From Candidatus Bathyarchaeota archaeon (GTDB lineage Archaea > Thermoproteota > Bathyarchaeia > Bathyarchaeales > Bathycorpusculaceae): DNA of 64,000 nt. Location: the NCBI GenBank assembly GCA_963768425.1, contig CAVYHV010000010.1, forward strand, positions 96,001 through 160,000, written 5' to 3'. This document shows positions 52,401 to 62,829 of this stretch, piece by piece; the first letter of the stretch is position 1; each line of letters begins with the position of its first letter. The notes under the pieces are model-generated. The model had not been told where the DNA came from and ran no database searches. It saw nothing but the letters and a program-made list of their open reading frames with translations. A program made the translations under genes and the position numbers.

Positions 52401-55399
52401 CTATGCCTTCGGCTGCAGTCTCAACGATTGTTCGGTACTTTTGCTCGCTTGCAGCCAACGCTTCTTCAGTTTTCTTTCCTTCAGTGATATCTTTCAAGAT
52501 GGCTAATAGAGTCTCAACATTGCCGTTAACGGCGAACTCGGGAACAATTGTGTATTGATAACATTTCGTTCCTTCTCGGCTTGGAAATTCAAATTCGCCT
52601 TTTTGTTCCTTGCCAGCTTGAAAAACATTATGGAGAATCTGGGTCCATTGGTTAGCGAATTTTGGCGGCAGTTGTATTTCTTGATTTGTCCTGCCCATGA
52701 AATTCTTAATGGGACAACCCGGTTGCTTTTTCAAAAGCTGAATTGATGAACAAGTAACGCAGGTTTTTGTCTACCCTTGCTATGATATCTGGGGAGTTTT
52801 CTGTGAGCGTCCGGTACTTTTCTTTTTCGAGGCGCAATTCCTCTTCATGTTTTTTCAGTGCGTCGACATCTATGAAGGATAAAACGGCGCCATCTATTCT
52901 GTTGTCTTCAGTTACGTACGGTCGAACCCGCATTTGATAAATGCGTCCATGCTCGTCAATGACTTCTCTATTTTCTGCGCCAAGGGTTAAGATTACTTTT
53001 GAGGTGATTTTCGCTAAATCAGGAATTGGAATGGCAAGCTGCAAGTTAGAGATTGGTAGCCCGGTGTCTGAAGGATTGAGATTAAGAATTCTTTGAGCAG
53101 ACGGTGTAAAAAGTCGGATCTTAAGGTTGTCGTCAACCATTACGACCGCCGGATCAATGTTTCTATTCTAAATTCGCTAGGTTGTCGTTTAGTCTGTTGA
53201 GAGCTTGATTTCGGTTCTTCATTTCATCATTCAAGGTCGTTAATTCTTCGTTGCTTGATTGAAGTTCTTCTTTGGCTGTTTCCAATTCCTCGTTTGTGCT
53301 TTGCAGTTCTTCGTTACTTGACTGTACTTCTTCCATGGCGGCTCTGAGCTCTTCGTTGGTTGCTTCCTGATTCTCAATAACAGTCTGTAGATACTGCTTA
53401 GAAGACTCCAATTCTTCTTCAAGATCACGAATCTGGCTGTTCTTAACGTTCTCGCGTCCAACAGGGGTAGCCGATAGCTCAATAGTCTGACGCAAATGTG
53501 CAGCTGCAGAACTGACATCTTCAAACAACACAAGGAAGAATGGCTCAACGTATTCAGCGGCGCGTAAGGGTATTACCTGAATATTAAGTGTCCTCGGTTG
53601 ATCCCCATATTGAAAGCGTAGGGCTTCTACCTTGACAGGCTTGTTCTCTTTTTTTGCCCGATAAACCGCTGTTTGAACATCTGCTCGCAACTCTTTCCGA
53701 ATCAGTTTTGCCAAATTCAAACTTGCCTGCCCTGATTCAGGAGAAAGGTAAGCTGTCACGTTTCCGCGAAAAACAAGAATGTCTAATTCATTGTTGACTA
53801 GCAAAGCTGCGGGAACATATTCCGTTATTAATAGTCGGTCAACTTCGTCCCGTAAAAGAGAGATGGAGTCGTTTTTTGCTGGTTGCTTTAGAGCTGGTTT
53901 TCTGGAAAAAGGAACCGTCGATGCAAAGCCGAAGTTGACACGGGGCTCGGCATTCTTTTTCACGTAAATATAACCTTTCTTGAATACTGGTTCGAAAAGT
54001 GCGGTGGATTTTCCGATGCTTTCAGATTCGCCTAGAACAAGAAAACCGTTTGGTCTTAGCGCGTAATGTAGGATGGATATTATTTTTTCTTGAAGTTGCG
54101 GATCGAAGTAGATGAGCATGTTTCTGCAGCTGATTAGGCTTAGGTTAGAGAAAGGAGGGTCTGCAGTCAAGTCTTGTTTCGCAAAAACGCACTTGTCACG
54201 GATGAATTTCGCAATTTGATAGCTTCCGTTAAAGCTTGTAAAAAAGTGTTTCAGGCAGCTCTCGGAAACATCAGCGTCTATGCTTTTCGGGTATATTCCT
54301 TGACGAGCCCTCTCAATGTTCTTTTCGTTCACATCAGTCCCGAAAATCTGAACCTGGGTTTCACCTTTGCCTGTTTCCTCGAGGAATTGTTGAAGCGCAA
54401 TTGCAAATGAGTAGGCTTCTTCGCCTGTGGAACAGCCTGGAATCCAAATTCTGACGGGTTCTTTCAAAGCCAAGTTCTTTAGAAGCTGAGGAAAAAGTTT
54501 TTCCTTCAAAACCGAAAACGTGTCGGGTTCCCTGAAGAAGCTTGTAACGCCAATTAACATGTCGTTAAAAAGTGCTTGCAGTTCAGCGGGATGTGTTCCT
54601 AAGTATTCAGCGTACTTGGCTATGTTATCGATATGGCTTATTACTATGCGGCGATTAATTCGCCTGTGGATGACCGTTCCTTTGTAGTGAGTGAAATCAA
54701 CGTTGAATGCCAATTTCAGTAATGTGAAGATTCTCCGCAAACCCTTTTCTTTGCCAGGTTTGGGTTCCTGAGGCACGATTTCGGCTCGAACCAAATGGGG
54801 GTGTTTAGCAATTCTTGAAAGTTCTTTTGCAATCTTCTCAGGATACATGATAAAATCGACGGCTTCAGCTGAAATAGCGCTCTGCGGCATGTCAGCGTAC
54901 TGGGCGGAGTCTGGGTCCTGCGCGAAAGTGATTCCCGCTTCAGCCCTCACAGCCTTGAGCCCCTCGGTTCCATCCGTCCCAGTTCCAGAAAGAACAATCC
55001 CAATAGCTTGAGTCTTTCGTTCTGTGGCAAGGGAACTTAAGAAAGCGTCAATGGGCCGGATAAATTTGCCTTTTGGGTTGAGCTTTAAGCAACCGTCTAC
55101 CAAAGTCATCGTAGATCCTGGCGGAATCACATAAACATGGTTGGGTTCAACACGCACACCATCCTTAACTTGGAGAACAGGCATTCTTGTGAATCTCGAC
55201 AAGATGTCGGTCAGCATGCTTTCCTGACCTGCGGCAAGATGCTGAATAATCACAAAAGCCAAACCTGTATCAACAGGCAAAAACTCAAGCAGCACCTTGA
55301 ATGCGTCCAGACCGCCAGCAGAAGCGCCAACTCCAACAATCGGAAATTCAGCAACTTCGTTTTCGAAAGAGGTTTGCTTGCTCGAACTGCTTTTTGCAT
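49449..55399 (-). CDS. Giant CheB-CheR-PAS(n)-GAF-PAS-GAF histidine kinase, ~1980 aa, broken by multiple indels
   Basis: Consecutive overlapping ORFs give CheB (PIVGVGASAGG, upstream of the called start), CheR (PGCSTGEEAYS), a coiled coil (NEELQS repeats), several PAS, GAF, H-box VGHDIRNPL and HATPase. Confidence 0.85.
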
Positions 55400-55821
55400 T
55401 AACGCCCGTAAGGCCACATCCAAGAAAACATGTTACTTATATAACATGATTTCCTGAAAATATGCTTTCTGCACAATTTATATTTTGTTGAAATTAAGGT
55501 GAACAATCGTCAAGTTTGCCAATTGCAATCTAAGCTATTGTTGAGAAAATGTGGGTAAAACAGAAAGTATTATTTTAGCGAAGACTACACGGAAATCCCC
55601 AAAACCTCTTTTGCCTTTTCTTAGTCCAAAATTATATGTGAGTTTGGAGATAGAGCGAGATTTTAGTTTTCTGAATAATCAACCTATCTATCATTTTCTT
55701 ATGAGAAATAGCCCAAGCCTGATGCGAGTTGCATTTGGGGAGTTGGCGCAGAATGTTAGTTTATACCCGTGGTTGAATTCCATACGAAGATCTAAGGCAA
55801 CTAGTTTTTACCAGCAAGTTT

Positions 55822-55857
55822 ATATGAATAATACTTCATATGAAGTATATTTCATGT
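55822..55857. promoter_or_regulatory. Two overlapping ArsR/SmtB-type operators over the TATA box
   Basis: ATATGAA-N6-TTCATAT (55822-55841) and ATATGAA-N6-TTCATGT (55838-55857), immediately upstream of the ArsR gene and overlapping TTTATATG. Confidence 0.75.
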
Positions 55858-55859
55858 GA

Positions 55860-56204
55860 TTGAAAACGGAAGATAAAAAAGAAATGAAAAAAGGCATGAC
55901 AAACATCTGCTATCGATTCTTCACCAACCTAGCAAACCCCACAAGACTCTCCGCCATCGAGCAGCTACTGCAGAAACCAATGAGTGTAAACGAACTTGCG
56001 ACAACCCTCGGACAAGAACAAAGCATGATCTCACATAACCTCAAACCCCTACTCCAATGCAACCTCATCACCATTAAACAGGTGGGCAAGAAACACATCT
56101 ACACAGTCAACGAAGAAACAATGCTCCCCATCCTTGGAGCCATCGAAAACCACGCACAAAAATTCTGTCCAACAGGCGGAAAATGCCTAAAAGGAGAAAA
56201 CTAA
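55860..56204 (+). CDS. ArsR/SmtB-family repressor
   Basis: FFTNLANPTRL...SVNELA...EQSMISHNLK.L and C-terminal Cys pair FCPTGGKC. Confidence 0.9.
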   Translation: MKTEDKKEMKKGMTNICYRFFTNLANPTRLSAIEQLLQKPMSVNELATTLGQEQSMISHNLKPLLQCNLITIKQVGKKHIYTVNEETMLPILGAIENHAQKFCPTGGKCLKGEN

Positions 56205-56205
56205 C

Positions 56206-56859
56206 GTGATAAAAAGAAAAATCGTAAACATAAATGAAACCCTCTGCAACGGATGCGGCAACTGCATCCCCAAATGCGCAGAAGGCGCCCTACAAATAAT
56301 AAACGGAAAAGCAAAAATAATCAAAGAAACCTACTGCGACGGCTTAGGCGCCTGTCTAGGCCAATGCCCCCAAGGAGCAATAAGCGTAACAGAACGCGAA
56401 GCAGAACCCTTCGACGAAAAAGAAACAAAAGAACATCTCAAAAATAAAACGACTCCCACTGCGCCCTCAAGCATTCCAGCCAACTCTGCACTGCAAAAGC
56501 CTCAGTGGCCCGTAAAGTTAAATCTTGTTCCAACGAAGGCTCCATTCTTCGAAAATGCAGACCTGTTACTTGCTGCTGACTGCGCGCCCATTGCACTAAA
56601 AAACTTCCACGAAACACTAATGCCTGGCAAACGAGTCATCATCGGCTGCCCAAAATTCGATGACGCCAGAGCATACGCACAAAAACTAGCCGAAATCCTA
56701 AAGCAAAACAACATCGCATCCATAACCGTTGCCCATATGGAAGTGCCCTGCTGCGTCGGCTTAAAGTGGGCAGTAAACAAGGCGCTTGAATCATCAGGCA
56801 AACAAATCCCGGTAAAAGAGTATGAAATAAAAATTGGAGGCGAAATAGTTGAGCTCTAA
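56206..56859 (+). CDS. 4Fe-4S binding protein
   Basis: CNGCGNCIPKC, CDGLGACLGQCP, QWPVKL, AADC, IGCPKFD and MEVPCC. Confidence 0.88.
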   Translation: MIKRKIVNINETLCNGCGNCIPKCAEGALQIINGKAKIIKETYCDGLGACLGQCPQGAISVTEREAEPFDEKETKEHLKNKTTPTAPSSIPANSALQKPQWPVKLNLVPTKAPFFENADLLLAADCAPIALKNFHETLMPGKRVIIGCPKFDDARAYAQKLAEILKQNNIASITVAHMEVPCCVGLKWAVNKALESSGKQIPVKEYEIKIGGEIVEL

Positions 56860-57103
56860 AGACAAACCCATGGAAAAAAACCCTCAAACATGCCCCGGAC
56901 TACGGGACCTGCTTCAGCCTAAACCAGCTTACATTAAATGCCATGTTTGCGGCGGCGACTTAGAAATTTGGAGTGATGAAGACAAAACTACCTGTCCGGC
57001 ATGCGGAGCAGAATGGAAACGACCAGACAAAACAGCGGCATGCCTAGAATACTGCGAGTACGCTGACAAATGCCGAGGCATCATCGAATCCCGAAAAACC
57101 TAA
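56849..57103 (+). CDS. Small Cys-rich zinc-ribbon protein
   Basis: CPG...CHVCGGDLEIWSDE...CPACG...CLEYCEYADKC. Confidence 0.8.
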   Translation: MSSKDKPMEKNPQTCPGLRDLLQPKPAYIKCHVCGGDLEIWSDEDKTTCPACGAEWKRPDKTAACLEYCEYADKCRGIIESRKT

Positions 57104-57121
57104 AATGAGGAGACTAGTTGC

Positions 57122-57595
57122 TTGCCGAAAGTTCTTGTGATTTATGATACGAAGCATGGCAACACAAAACTTGCTGCTGAGACCATTGTGGAGGGAATAA
57201 AAGAAGTTCAGGGCAATGAAGTTTCCATCGGCTACGTTAAAGGAATGGACATCGGAAAAGTAGCTGATTACGACGCAATAATAATAGGGGCACCGAACCA
57301 TATGGGCAGACCTTCTCAAACAATGAAGAAGTTCGTAAATAGGCTGGCTGAACTTGATTTAAAAGCAAGTGGCGTCGCTGTTTTCGGCACTTACTCCGGA
57401 AAGATCAGATCTCCTGATAGAGCGGCGAAAAAACTGGAAAAAATGGCGGAAAAGAAGCTGCCTAAACTAACACTGATTGCACCAAGTCTATCAATAAGAG
57501 TTCATGGGATACCAGGTCCATTAGCGGAAGGAGAACTGCCGAAATGCAAAGCCTTTGGCCGAACAATCTCAAATCAGCTTATGCAGAAACAATAA
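57122..57595 (+). CDS. Flavodoxin-domain protein
   Basis: VIYDTKHGNT, IIIGAP and VFGTY. Confidence 0.88.
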   Translation: MPKVLVIYDTKHGNTKLAAETIVEGIKEVQGNEVSIGYVKGMDIGKVADYDAIIIGAPNHMGRPSQTMKKFVNRLAELDLKASGVAVFGTYSGKIRSPDRAAKKLEKMAEKKLPKLTLIAPSLSIRVHGIPGPLAEGELPKCKAFGRTISNQLMQKQ

Positions 57596-57609
57596 TCCAG
57601 TTTTTTCTT

Positions 57610-58128
57610 CTAGCTCTTACCAAGTTTATTTGAGCTGCTTTCGGGGCAGTGAGGATTGAAGCAATTAAGACAACCGTTAGGGTGGGTTTGGCAAAGTTGT
57701 TTCTTCTTGAAACCCCATTTTTTTCTTAGCTCTTCAGCTTGTGCCTCTTGGTCTTCTGATCTGCTTCTTGCTTTGGTATAGCTGAGGTAGGCGTGGGCTA
57801 TTTCGTGAGCTATTAGGGATTCTGAGTCTGTTCGTTTCAGAATTATCATATATGGTTTGTCCATTTCCTCTATCTGGACAGTTTGGCTTTGACCCGCATG
57901 AAAAGAGGTTTTCTGTAATGTAAATTGGTAAACTTCTTCAGGTAATCTGGCGAGAGTGTTTAGTAGTCGTGCGTGAAGGTTACTCCATCTTTGAGCTAGA
58001 CGGATAAATTCATCTATATCACTGTTGAAGTCTACTTCTGACTTGTTTCTTCTTTTCATATTTTTATTCTCTGAATTTCTTTTAGCAGAGTCTCGTCGTA
58101 CTTTCCTGTTCCTTCTTTTGCTATTCAC
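57610..58128 (-). CDS. Putative zincin-like metallopeptidase
   Basis: IAHEIAH followed by E..A...WGF, a basic N-terminus and a C-terminal C-x2-H-x3-CxxC-x4-C. Confidence 0.55.
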   Translation of the reverse strand: MNSKRRNRKVRRDSAKRNSENKNMKRRNKSEVDFNSDIDEFIRLAQRWSNLHARLLNTLARLPEEVYQFTLQKTSFHAGQSQTVQIEEMDKPYMIILKRTDSESLIAHEIAHAYLSYTKARSRSEDQEAQAEELRKKWGFKKKQLCQTHPNGCLNCFNPHCPESSSNKLGKS

Positions 58129-58285
58129 TTAAAGATTACTTTCGAATATCCAACTTGGATTAATCTTGAACGAGATAAGACACTGATCAAAATAATATCT
58201 GTGGCTAACAATCGATCCAAATTACTGAGTTTTCGAAAAAGGTTGGGTTAAGAAAAAGAAAGAGTTGTTTTGGTCCTTCAGCAAA

Positions 58286-58447
58286 TTAGATTTTCTGCTT
58301 GCTGATTGTCGTCCTGAAGGTTTTGCCGCAGCACTCGCAAAGACCAATTGTAAGTTCCGTCCTCTTTCCAGTTTTGTCAGGTCTGCCAGCCATCTTCCAA
58401 GTCTTTTTTGGTGCGACTTCTTTTCCACATTTTGGACATTTTGCCAT
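58286..58447 (-). CDS. Cren7-like small chromatin protein, zinc-ribbon variant
   Basis: GGAGG RBS. MAKCPKCGKEVAPKKTWKMAG...TIGLCECCGKTFR mirrors the Cren7 pattern P.K.W.L...IGLF....GK.FR. Confidence 0.6.
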   Translation of the reverse strand: MAKCPKCGKEVAPKKTWKMAGRPDKTGKRTELTIGLCECCGKTFRTTISKQKI

Positions 58448-58700
58448 AAGTTCGCCTCCGTAAATATTATTACACAAGTGATGATGGATTAACAACGGAT
58501 AAAACTTTTGCTTAACTACCGTTTGGACAGATCAAAAAACTGGAACCTGAAACATAAATCTGGAATTTAATCAGCTCTGAACCCTAAATGTGTTCTATCG
58601 TTTACCGAGCGTATTCTCGAATAGGGTTAGCCCCTAACCTAAACTCCTTATCTGTGTTATTTTCGCGATTATTTAATGTGACTCGAAGCTTTACCATAGC

Positions 58701-59429
58701 TTATTTGGGGTGCCCAACAACGCTAAGACAGATTGAGCTTTCTTCAGTTCCATCAGTATCTACAATTGAGTTAATTTCGTCATCGAAGAAAGCTCCCACT
58801 TGACAGGATCCACAAGTTATACTTGCCGCCGCCAACGCCAAATTCTGTGCTATATGACCAGCATCTAAGTAGATATATCGGTAGGCCCTCTGAGAGTATT
58901 TCCACTTCGACCTCCTAAAAATAGCTGTCCAAATGAAGACAACAGCTGCATCTGCACACATCTCTTGGTCCAAGGCTGCATGAGCTAATTCTTCGCCGAA
59001 ATTCCCAAGTTTTACTTCGTCCAACAAATGATTCTTAATGTTGTAGTGATAAATGCCTTCCATAAGGCCTTCCACTTTGTTTGCAGCAATGTACGTCTCT
59101 ATGGGATAGAGTGCTCCAGCTGACGGCGCATTGCGGAACTCGTAACCGTGTTCAGTTCTTTGGATACCCGTGGATGCCCAAAGGAGAAATGACAAATCAC
59201 TCAAACTCAAAGGTTGAGATGAGAAGGAACGGATGCTTTTGCGTCTTCGAAGAACTTCAGTAAAGTTCAAAGTTGCTTCTTGGAATTGGGTTGGGAGCTG
59301 AACGGTTTTACTGGCTGGATAGCTCTTGTAGGTTTCAGGCTTATTTGCCCAGTCCAAGTTGCCACCAAGGCTTTTGGTTCGGATATACCTTGTCTCTGTT
59401 TGGAAATCGTCTCCAACGGTTTTTGCCAT
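58701..59429 (-). CDS. SagB/ThcOx-family nitroreductase-like dehydrogenase
   Basis: RRKSIRSF, RNAPSAGALYPIE, YRYIYLDAGHIAQN and GAFFDD. Confidence 0.92.
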   Translation of the reverse strand: MAKTVGDDFQTETRYIRTKSLGGNLDWANKPETYKSYPASKTVQLPTQFQEATLNFTEVLRRRKSIRSFSSQPLSLSDLSFLLWASTGIQRTEHGYEFRNAPSAGALYPIETYIAANKVEGLMEGIYHYNIKNHLLDEVKLGNFGEELAHAALDQEMCADAAVVFIWTAIFRRSKWKYSQRAYRYIYLDAGHIAQNLALAAASITCGSCQVGAFFDDEINSIVDTDGTEESSICLSVVGHPK

Positions 59430-59613
59430 TATCGCACCTTTTAAAAACAGCGTTCTAAATATTTAATCAAACAGGGAGAGTATTTATTATTTATTGATAA
59501 AATACGATCCCACCATTCTTCTCGTTGAGAGCAATTAACGATTCTTGTCGACGGTTGTTTCTTGTTTTGCCGAAGCCCTTTTTCAGCGCGTTTCTAAAAG
59601 AAGCAAACTTTAG

Positions 59614-60009
59614 TTAGGAATGTGTGTGGCTCAATTGATGTGGGAGTTCTCGCTTAAGTTCAGTTACTCGTGTTTGCACTATTGAAAGCAACTCTTTTCG
59701 CAGTTCCTTAGGTGGGAGCGTTGAACTTACAGAGTCTAATCGGTGGGCTAACTCCCCGTCGCATAGGGTTGTTTTTACCCATTTTTGAAAGTCGCCTCGT
59801 TGAAAATGAAAATTCAATGAGTCGGCTGGAACAATTTGAAGTTTCTTTTCGAATGACTCTAAGCTTGTTGCTGTTTCATTGGTGAATTTGCCAGGCGCAG
59901 TATAGAAATGGAATCCGTTTTCGTAAGGTACTGTTCTTAGGATTTCCGTTATTTTTGTGTTTAATTCAAGCCGATTGCGCTCATGGGTTCTATGACTGTG
60001 ATTTGACAT
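59614..60009 (-). CDS. DUF5752-like protein
   Basis: GFHFY...ATSL..F...SLNFHFQRGDFQKWV...D.ELA. Confidence 0.75.
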   Translation of the reverse strand: MSNHSHRTHERNRLELNTKITEILRTVPYENGFHFYTAPGKFTNETATSLESFEKKLQIVPADSLNFHFQRGDFQKWVKTTLCDGELAHRLDSVSSTLPPKELRKELLSIVQTRVTELKRELPHQLSHTHS

Positions 60010-60252
60010 AACAAAACTCCAAATCATTACTTTACATAGTCAGATATATCTGTAATGTTGATTGTTCAGGAGAGATGTTCTTTAACGGACTATCTAACAT
60101 CATTTTTGGTTTACCGTGTTTTCGGCTACTTGTTAATTCGCATGCTTCTGCAAGAGCTGATTTTTTCCGGCAACTTATTGGTATTTGTTGAAACAGTTAC
60201 CAGAACCAACGTATTTTAATACTTAAGATTTTGCTAATCGGGTGGGAAAAAT

Positions 60253-60408
60253 ATGCCAGTTGAGGTGCGCTGCCCTAAATGCGGCTCTAAGGAGATAGAG
60301 AAAAAAAACAACCAGGAACGTCGCTGCATCAAATGTGGAGAAATCTTTTATTTTGTAACTCCGCATTGCGGTTCACAAACCGATTTAGAAAGATACGACC
60401 TACAATAA
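60253..60408 (+). CDS. 51-aa zinc-ribbon microprotein (below ORF-track cutoff)
   Basis: GGTGG RBS, then MPVEVRCPKCGSKEIEKKNNQERRCIKCGEIFYFVTPHCGSQTDLERYDLQ. Confidence 0.7.
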   Translation: MPVEVRCPKCGSKEIEKKNNQERRCIKCGEIFYFVTPHCGSQTDLERYDLQ

Positions 60409-60672
60409 AGGCTGGATCTGCATTGTATGATGAAATTGCTCTTGAATTCTAGTATGCGAGACAACTCGTCTCCGTTGATTTACCCCAAAACATGACTTTG
60501 TTTTTCAATCGAGGGGCGGGCGAACCGGACTTATCCCTCAAACAGGAAGGATCTTTCAAGATAAAAATTGAAGACTTTAGGTCTGCCTTAGCTTAAAATC
60601 ACCGGTAACAAAAATTTGTTGCTAAATAAGAATATGAAAAAAATTATGAAAATATAGTAAAAAAGATCGGTG

Positions 60673-61890
60673 TTAGTTCCCCGATGCTGTTTTGTCTGTT
60701 TTTTGAGGCGGTCCGCTTTTCATCAACGCAAGCATCATTTCTGTTTTGGCACCCCCAAGGTCCTTTGACACCGATTTCAAATATTCAGGGATTGCTATAT
60801 GCTGTGGGCAACGTTCCATGCATTGTTTGCACTCTTTACATAATGATGCATCGGCGCGTTTACCTGTCAAGCCACCCATCAACATCATTCCATACATAGC
60901 ACGTGAATGTTGTTCATCACCGAACATGCAATAGTCATTATAGGCGCTGAAGTTGCGAGGAATATTCACGCCGGATGGACAGGGCATACAGTATTCGCAG
61001 CCGGTACATTGAACTTTCATAAGACGCTTATAAGATTCAGCGACGTTTTTGATTGTTGCCAGTTCATCAGATTTCATTGAGTTCGGCAACGCAGTTTCAG
61101 CAGTCTTAATGTTTTCGGAAATTTGTTTTTCGTCATTCATTCCTGAAAGAACCACTGTAACTTCAGGGTGATTCCACACCCAGCGAAGACCCCATTCAGC
61201 TGCGGGCCTTTGAGTTTTAGAGCCATCGTAAAACTGCTTCACTTCCTTTGGGAGATTATCCGCTAATGCTCCGCCTCTAAGAGGTTCCATAACCATGACT
61301 GCAAGATTCTTTGATGCGGCATACTTCAGCCCCTTTGTTCCAGCTTGTATTTTCTCGTCTAAGAAATTGTATTGTATTTGACACATTGCCCAGTCATTGG
61401 CATCAACAATTGCTTTGAAAGTCTTAGTTGAACCGTGAAATGAGAAACCTATGTTCACTATTTTTCCCTCTGTTTTCGCTTTTTCTAAGAATTTCAAAGC
61501 ACCAAATCCTTGAAGCTTATTCCAAAATTCTTTTTCGAGCCCGTGCAAAAGGTAATAGTCAATATGGTCCGTTTGGAGCTTTTGCAGAGAAGCGTTTAAC
61601 ATTTTATCCATGTCTTCAGCTTTATTTAGCATAAAAGGTGTAAGTTTAGTAGCGATTTTTACTCTTTTGCGGTAGCCGTCTAACAGGGCTTTTCCAAGCA
61701 CTTTTTCGCTGTTACCTCCGTGGTATGGAGGGGCTGAGTCCACGTAATTTACGCCGTTGTCGATTGCGTAGCGGATTTGGCTTATTGCGCGTTCTTCATC
61801 TACGTATTGCCCCTTCAAGGGTAAGCGCATACATCCGAATCCTAATACTGATAATTTGTCGCCGTTTTTCGGTACTATTCTGAATTGCAT
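60673..61890 (-). CDS. Aldo/keto reductase with C-terminal 4Fe-4S domain
   Basis: LGFGCMRLP, IATKL, IDYYLLH, MEPLRGG, CTGCEYCMPCP and CKECKQCMERCP. Confidence 0.93.
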   Translation of the reverse strand: MQFRIVPKNGDKLSVLGFGCMRLPLKGQYVDEERAISQIRYAIDNGVNYVDSAPPYHGGNSEKVLGKALLDGYRKRVKIATKLTPFMLNKAEDMDKMLNASLQKLQTDHIDYYLLHGLEKEFWNKLQGFGALKFLEKAKTEGKIVNIGFSFHGSTKTFKAIVDANDWAMCQIQYNFLDEKIQAGTKGLKYAASKNLAVMVMEPLRGGALADNLPKEVKQFYDGSKTQRPAAEWGLRWVWNHPEVTVVLSGMNDEKQISENIKTAETALPNSMKSDELATIKNVAESYKRLMKVQCTGCEYCMPCPSGVNIPRNFSAYNDYCMFGDEQHSRAMYGMMLMGGLTGKRADASLCKECKQCMERCPQHIAIPEYLKSVSKDLGGAKTEMMLALMKSGPPQKTDKTASGN

Positions 61891-62177
61891 TTTATTGCAC
61901 TTCCAGTTTTTGACTTAACTATTTCACATTCAATATGATTTAGATTGAACAATGAATAAGGTTTTGATTTTTATCCGTCTATTAAAGTATCGCTATCTTA
62001 GTATTTTGATTCTCATGAACCCAAAACTTGTCGTCAATCGCGAGGAGGCTGACAAAAGAACACACAAACCCATTGATTCTCGTCAATTCGTCAGAAACGA
62101 CTGCTTCAATTCTGAGAAAACGAAATTCGGTTGCATGATAAGCGATTAAAGGCAAAATGCTAAAAGAATTTGCCCTT

Positions 62178-62483
62178 TCAGAACAGACAGGGGCTCTGGT
62201 CTCTTTCTTCGTTTACTCTTTCTTCAACTATAGGCAGCACGTCTTTGAGTTCTCTGAATGCGTTAAGCACAGTCACGGCGAGTTGCGTAATAGAGAAAAC
62301 TTTTCTTTCGTTTCCTACGATCTTCTTTTCAACCAATCCCTGCTGAATCAGGAAATCAAGACGCTCCTTTAATTTGCTGCAGTTAACGTTAGCCTTGTTC
62401 ATAATGTGGGTCAGTTTTAGCGGACCCCTGCGATCCAAGACCTCCAGGACATCCACATTCATTTCCAGTTTAGACCGTTTCAT
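62178..62483 (-). CDS. Winged-helix transcriptional regulator
   Basis: MKRSKLEM..DVLEVL...LTHIMNKANVN...L..LIQQGLV. Confidence 0.8.
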   Translation of the reverse strand: MKRSKLEMNVDVLEVLDRRGPLKLTHIMNKANVNCSKLKERLDFLIQQGLVEKKIVGNERKVFSITQLAVTVLNAFRELKDVLPIVEERVNEERDQSPCLF

Positions 62484-62829
62484 CGTTTCACTTTCTCTTC
62501 TTACTTCAAGTTTCCGAGCTTAAACACGATGAGCCTGTTCCCAAACGCCGTAACTATATCGTTTAACAGTATTTTCTGCAGTTCCACTGAAAGCCCTTGG
62601 GTTTTTTCCTTGAAAACCGAAACCATCTCAGCTTTCAAGTCTTTCCTAAATTTAACCGTCAATTGTTGGCTCAACTATTTGACTCCAAACTTGCTGTTCT
62701 AAAAGGTAAGATTCATGTTGCTTAACTCACTTATGAAAGCCAGCGTAATATTCAAAATATTAATTGTGACTATGCTTTCAAGACCACCAAAATATAGGAA
62801 TTTTAAGGAAATGCCGAAAACCATGGAGA

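Noticed and set aside
1-55399. Many frameshifted genes read as pseudogenes or programmed frameshifts (both PQQ genes, flavin reductase, arsM, acr3, glyS, giant kinase)
   Set aside because: The breaks I traced are single-base shifts, several in or near homopolymers, in otherwise intact genes including essential glyS. No shared slippery motif was seen. Uncorrected sequencing indels are the simplest explanation; read polishing would confirm.
58701-59429. SagB/ThcOx gene as part of a RiPP cluster
   Set aside because: No YcaO, transporter or convincing precursor is adjacent. Stand-alone members are common in archaea.
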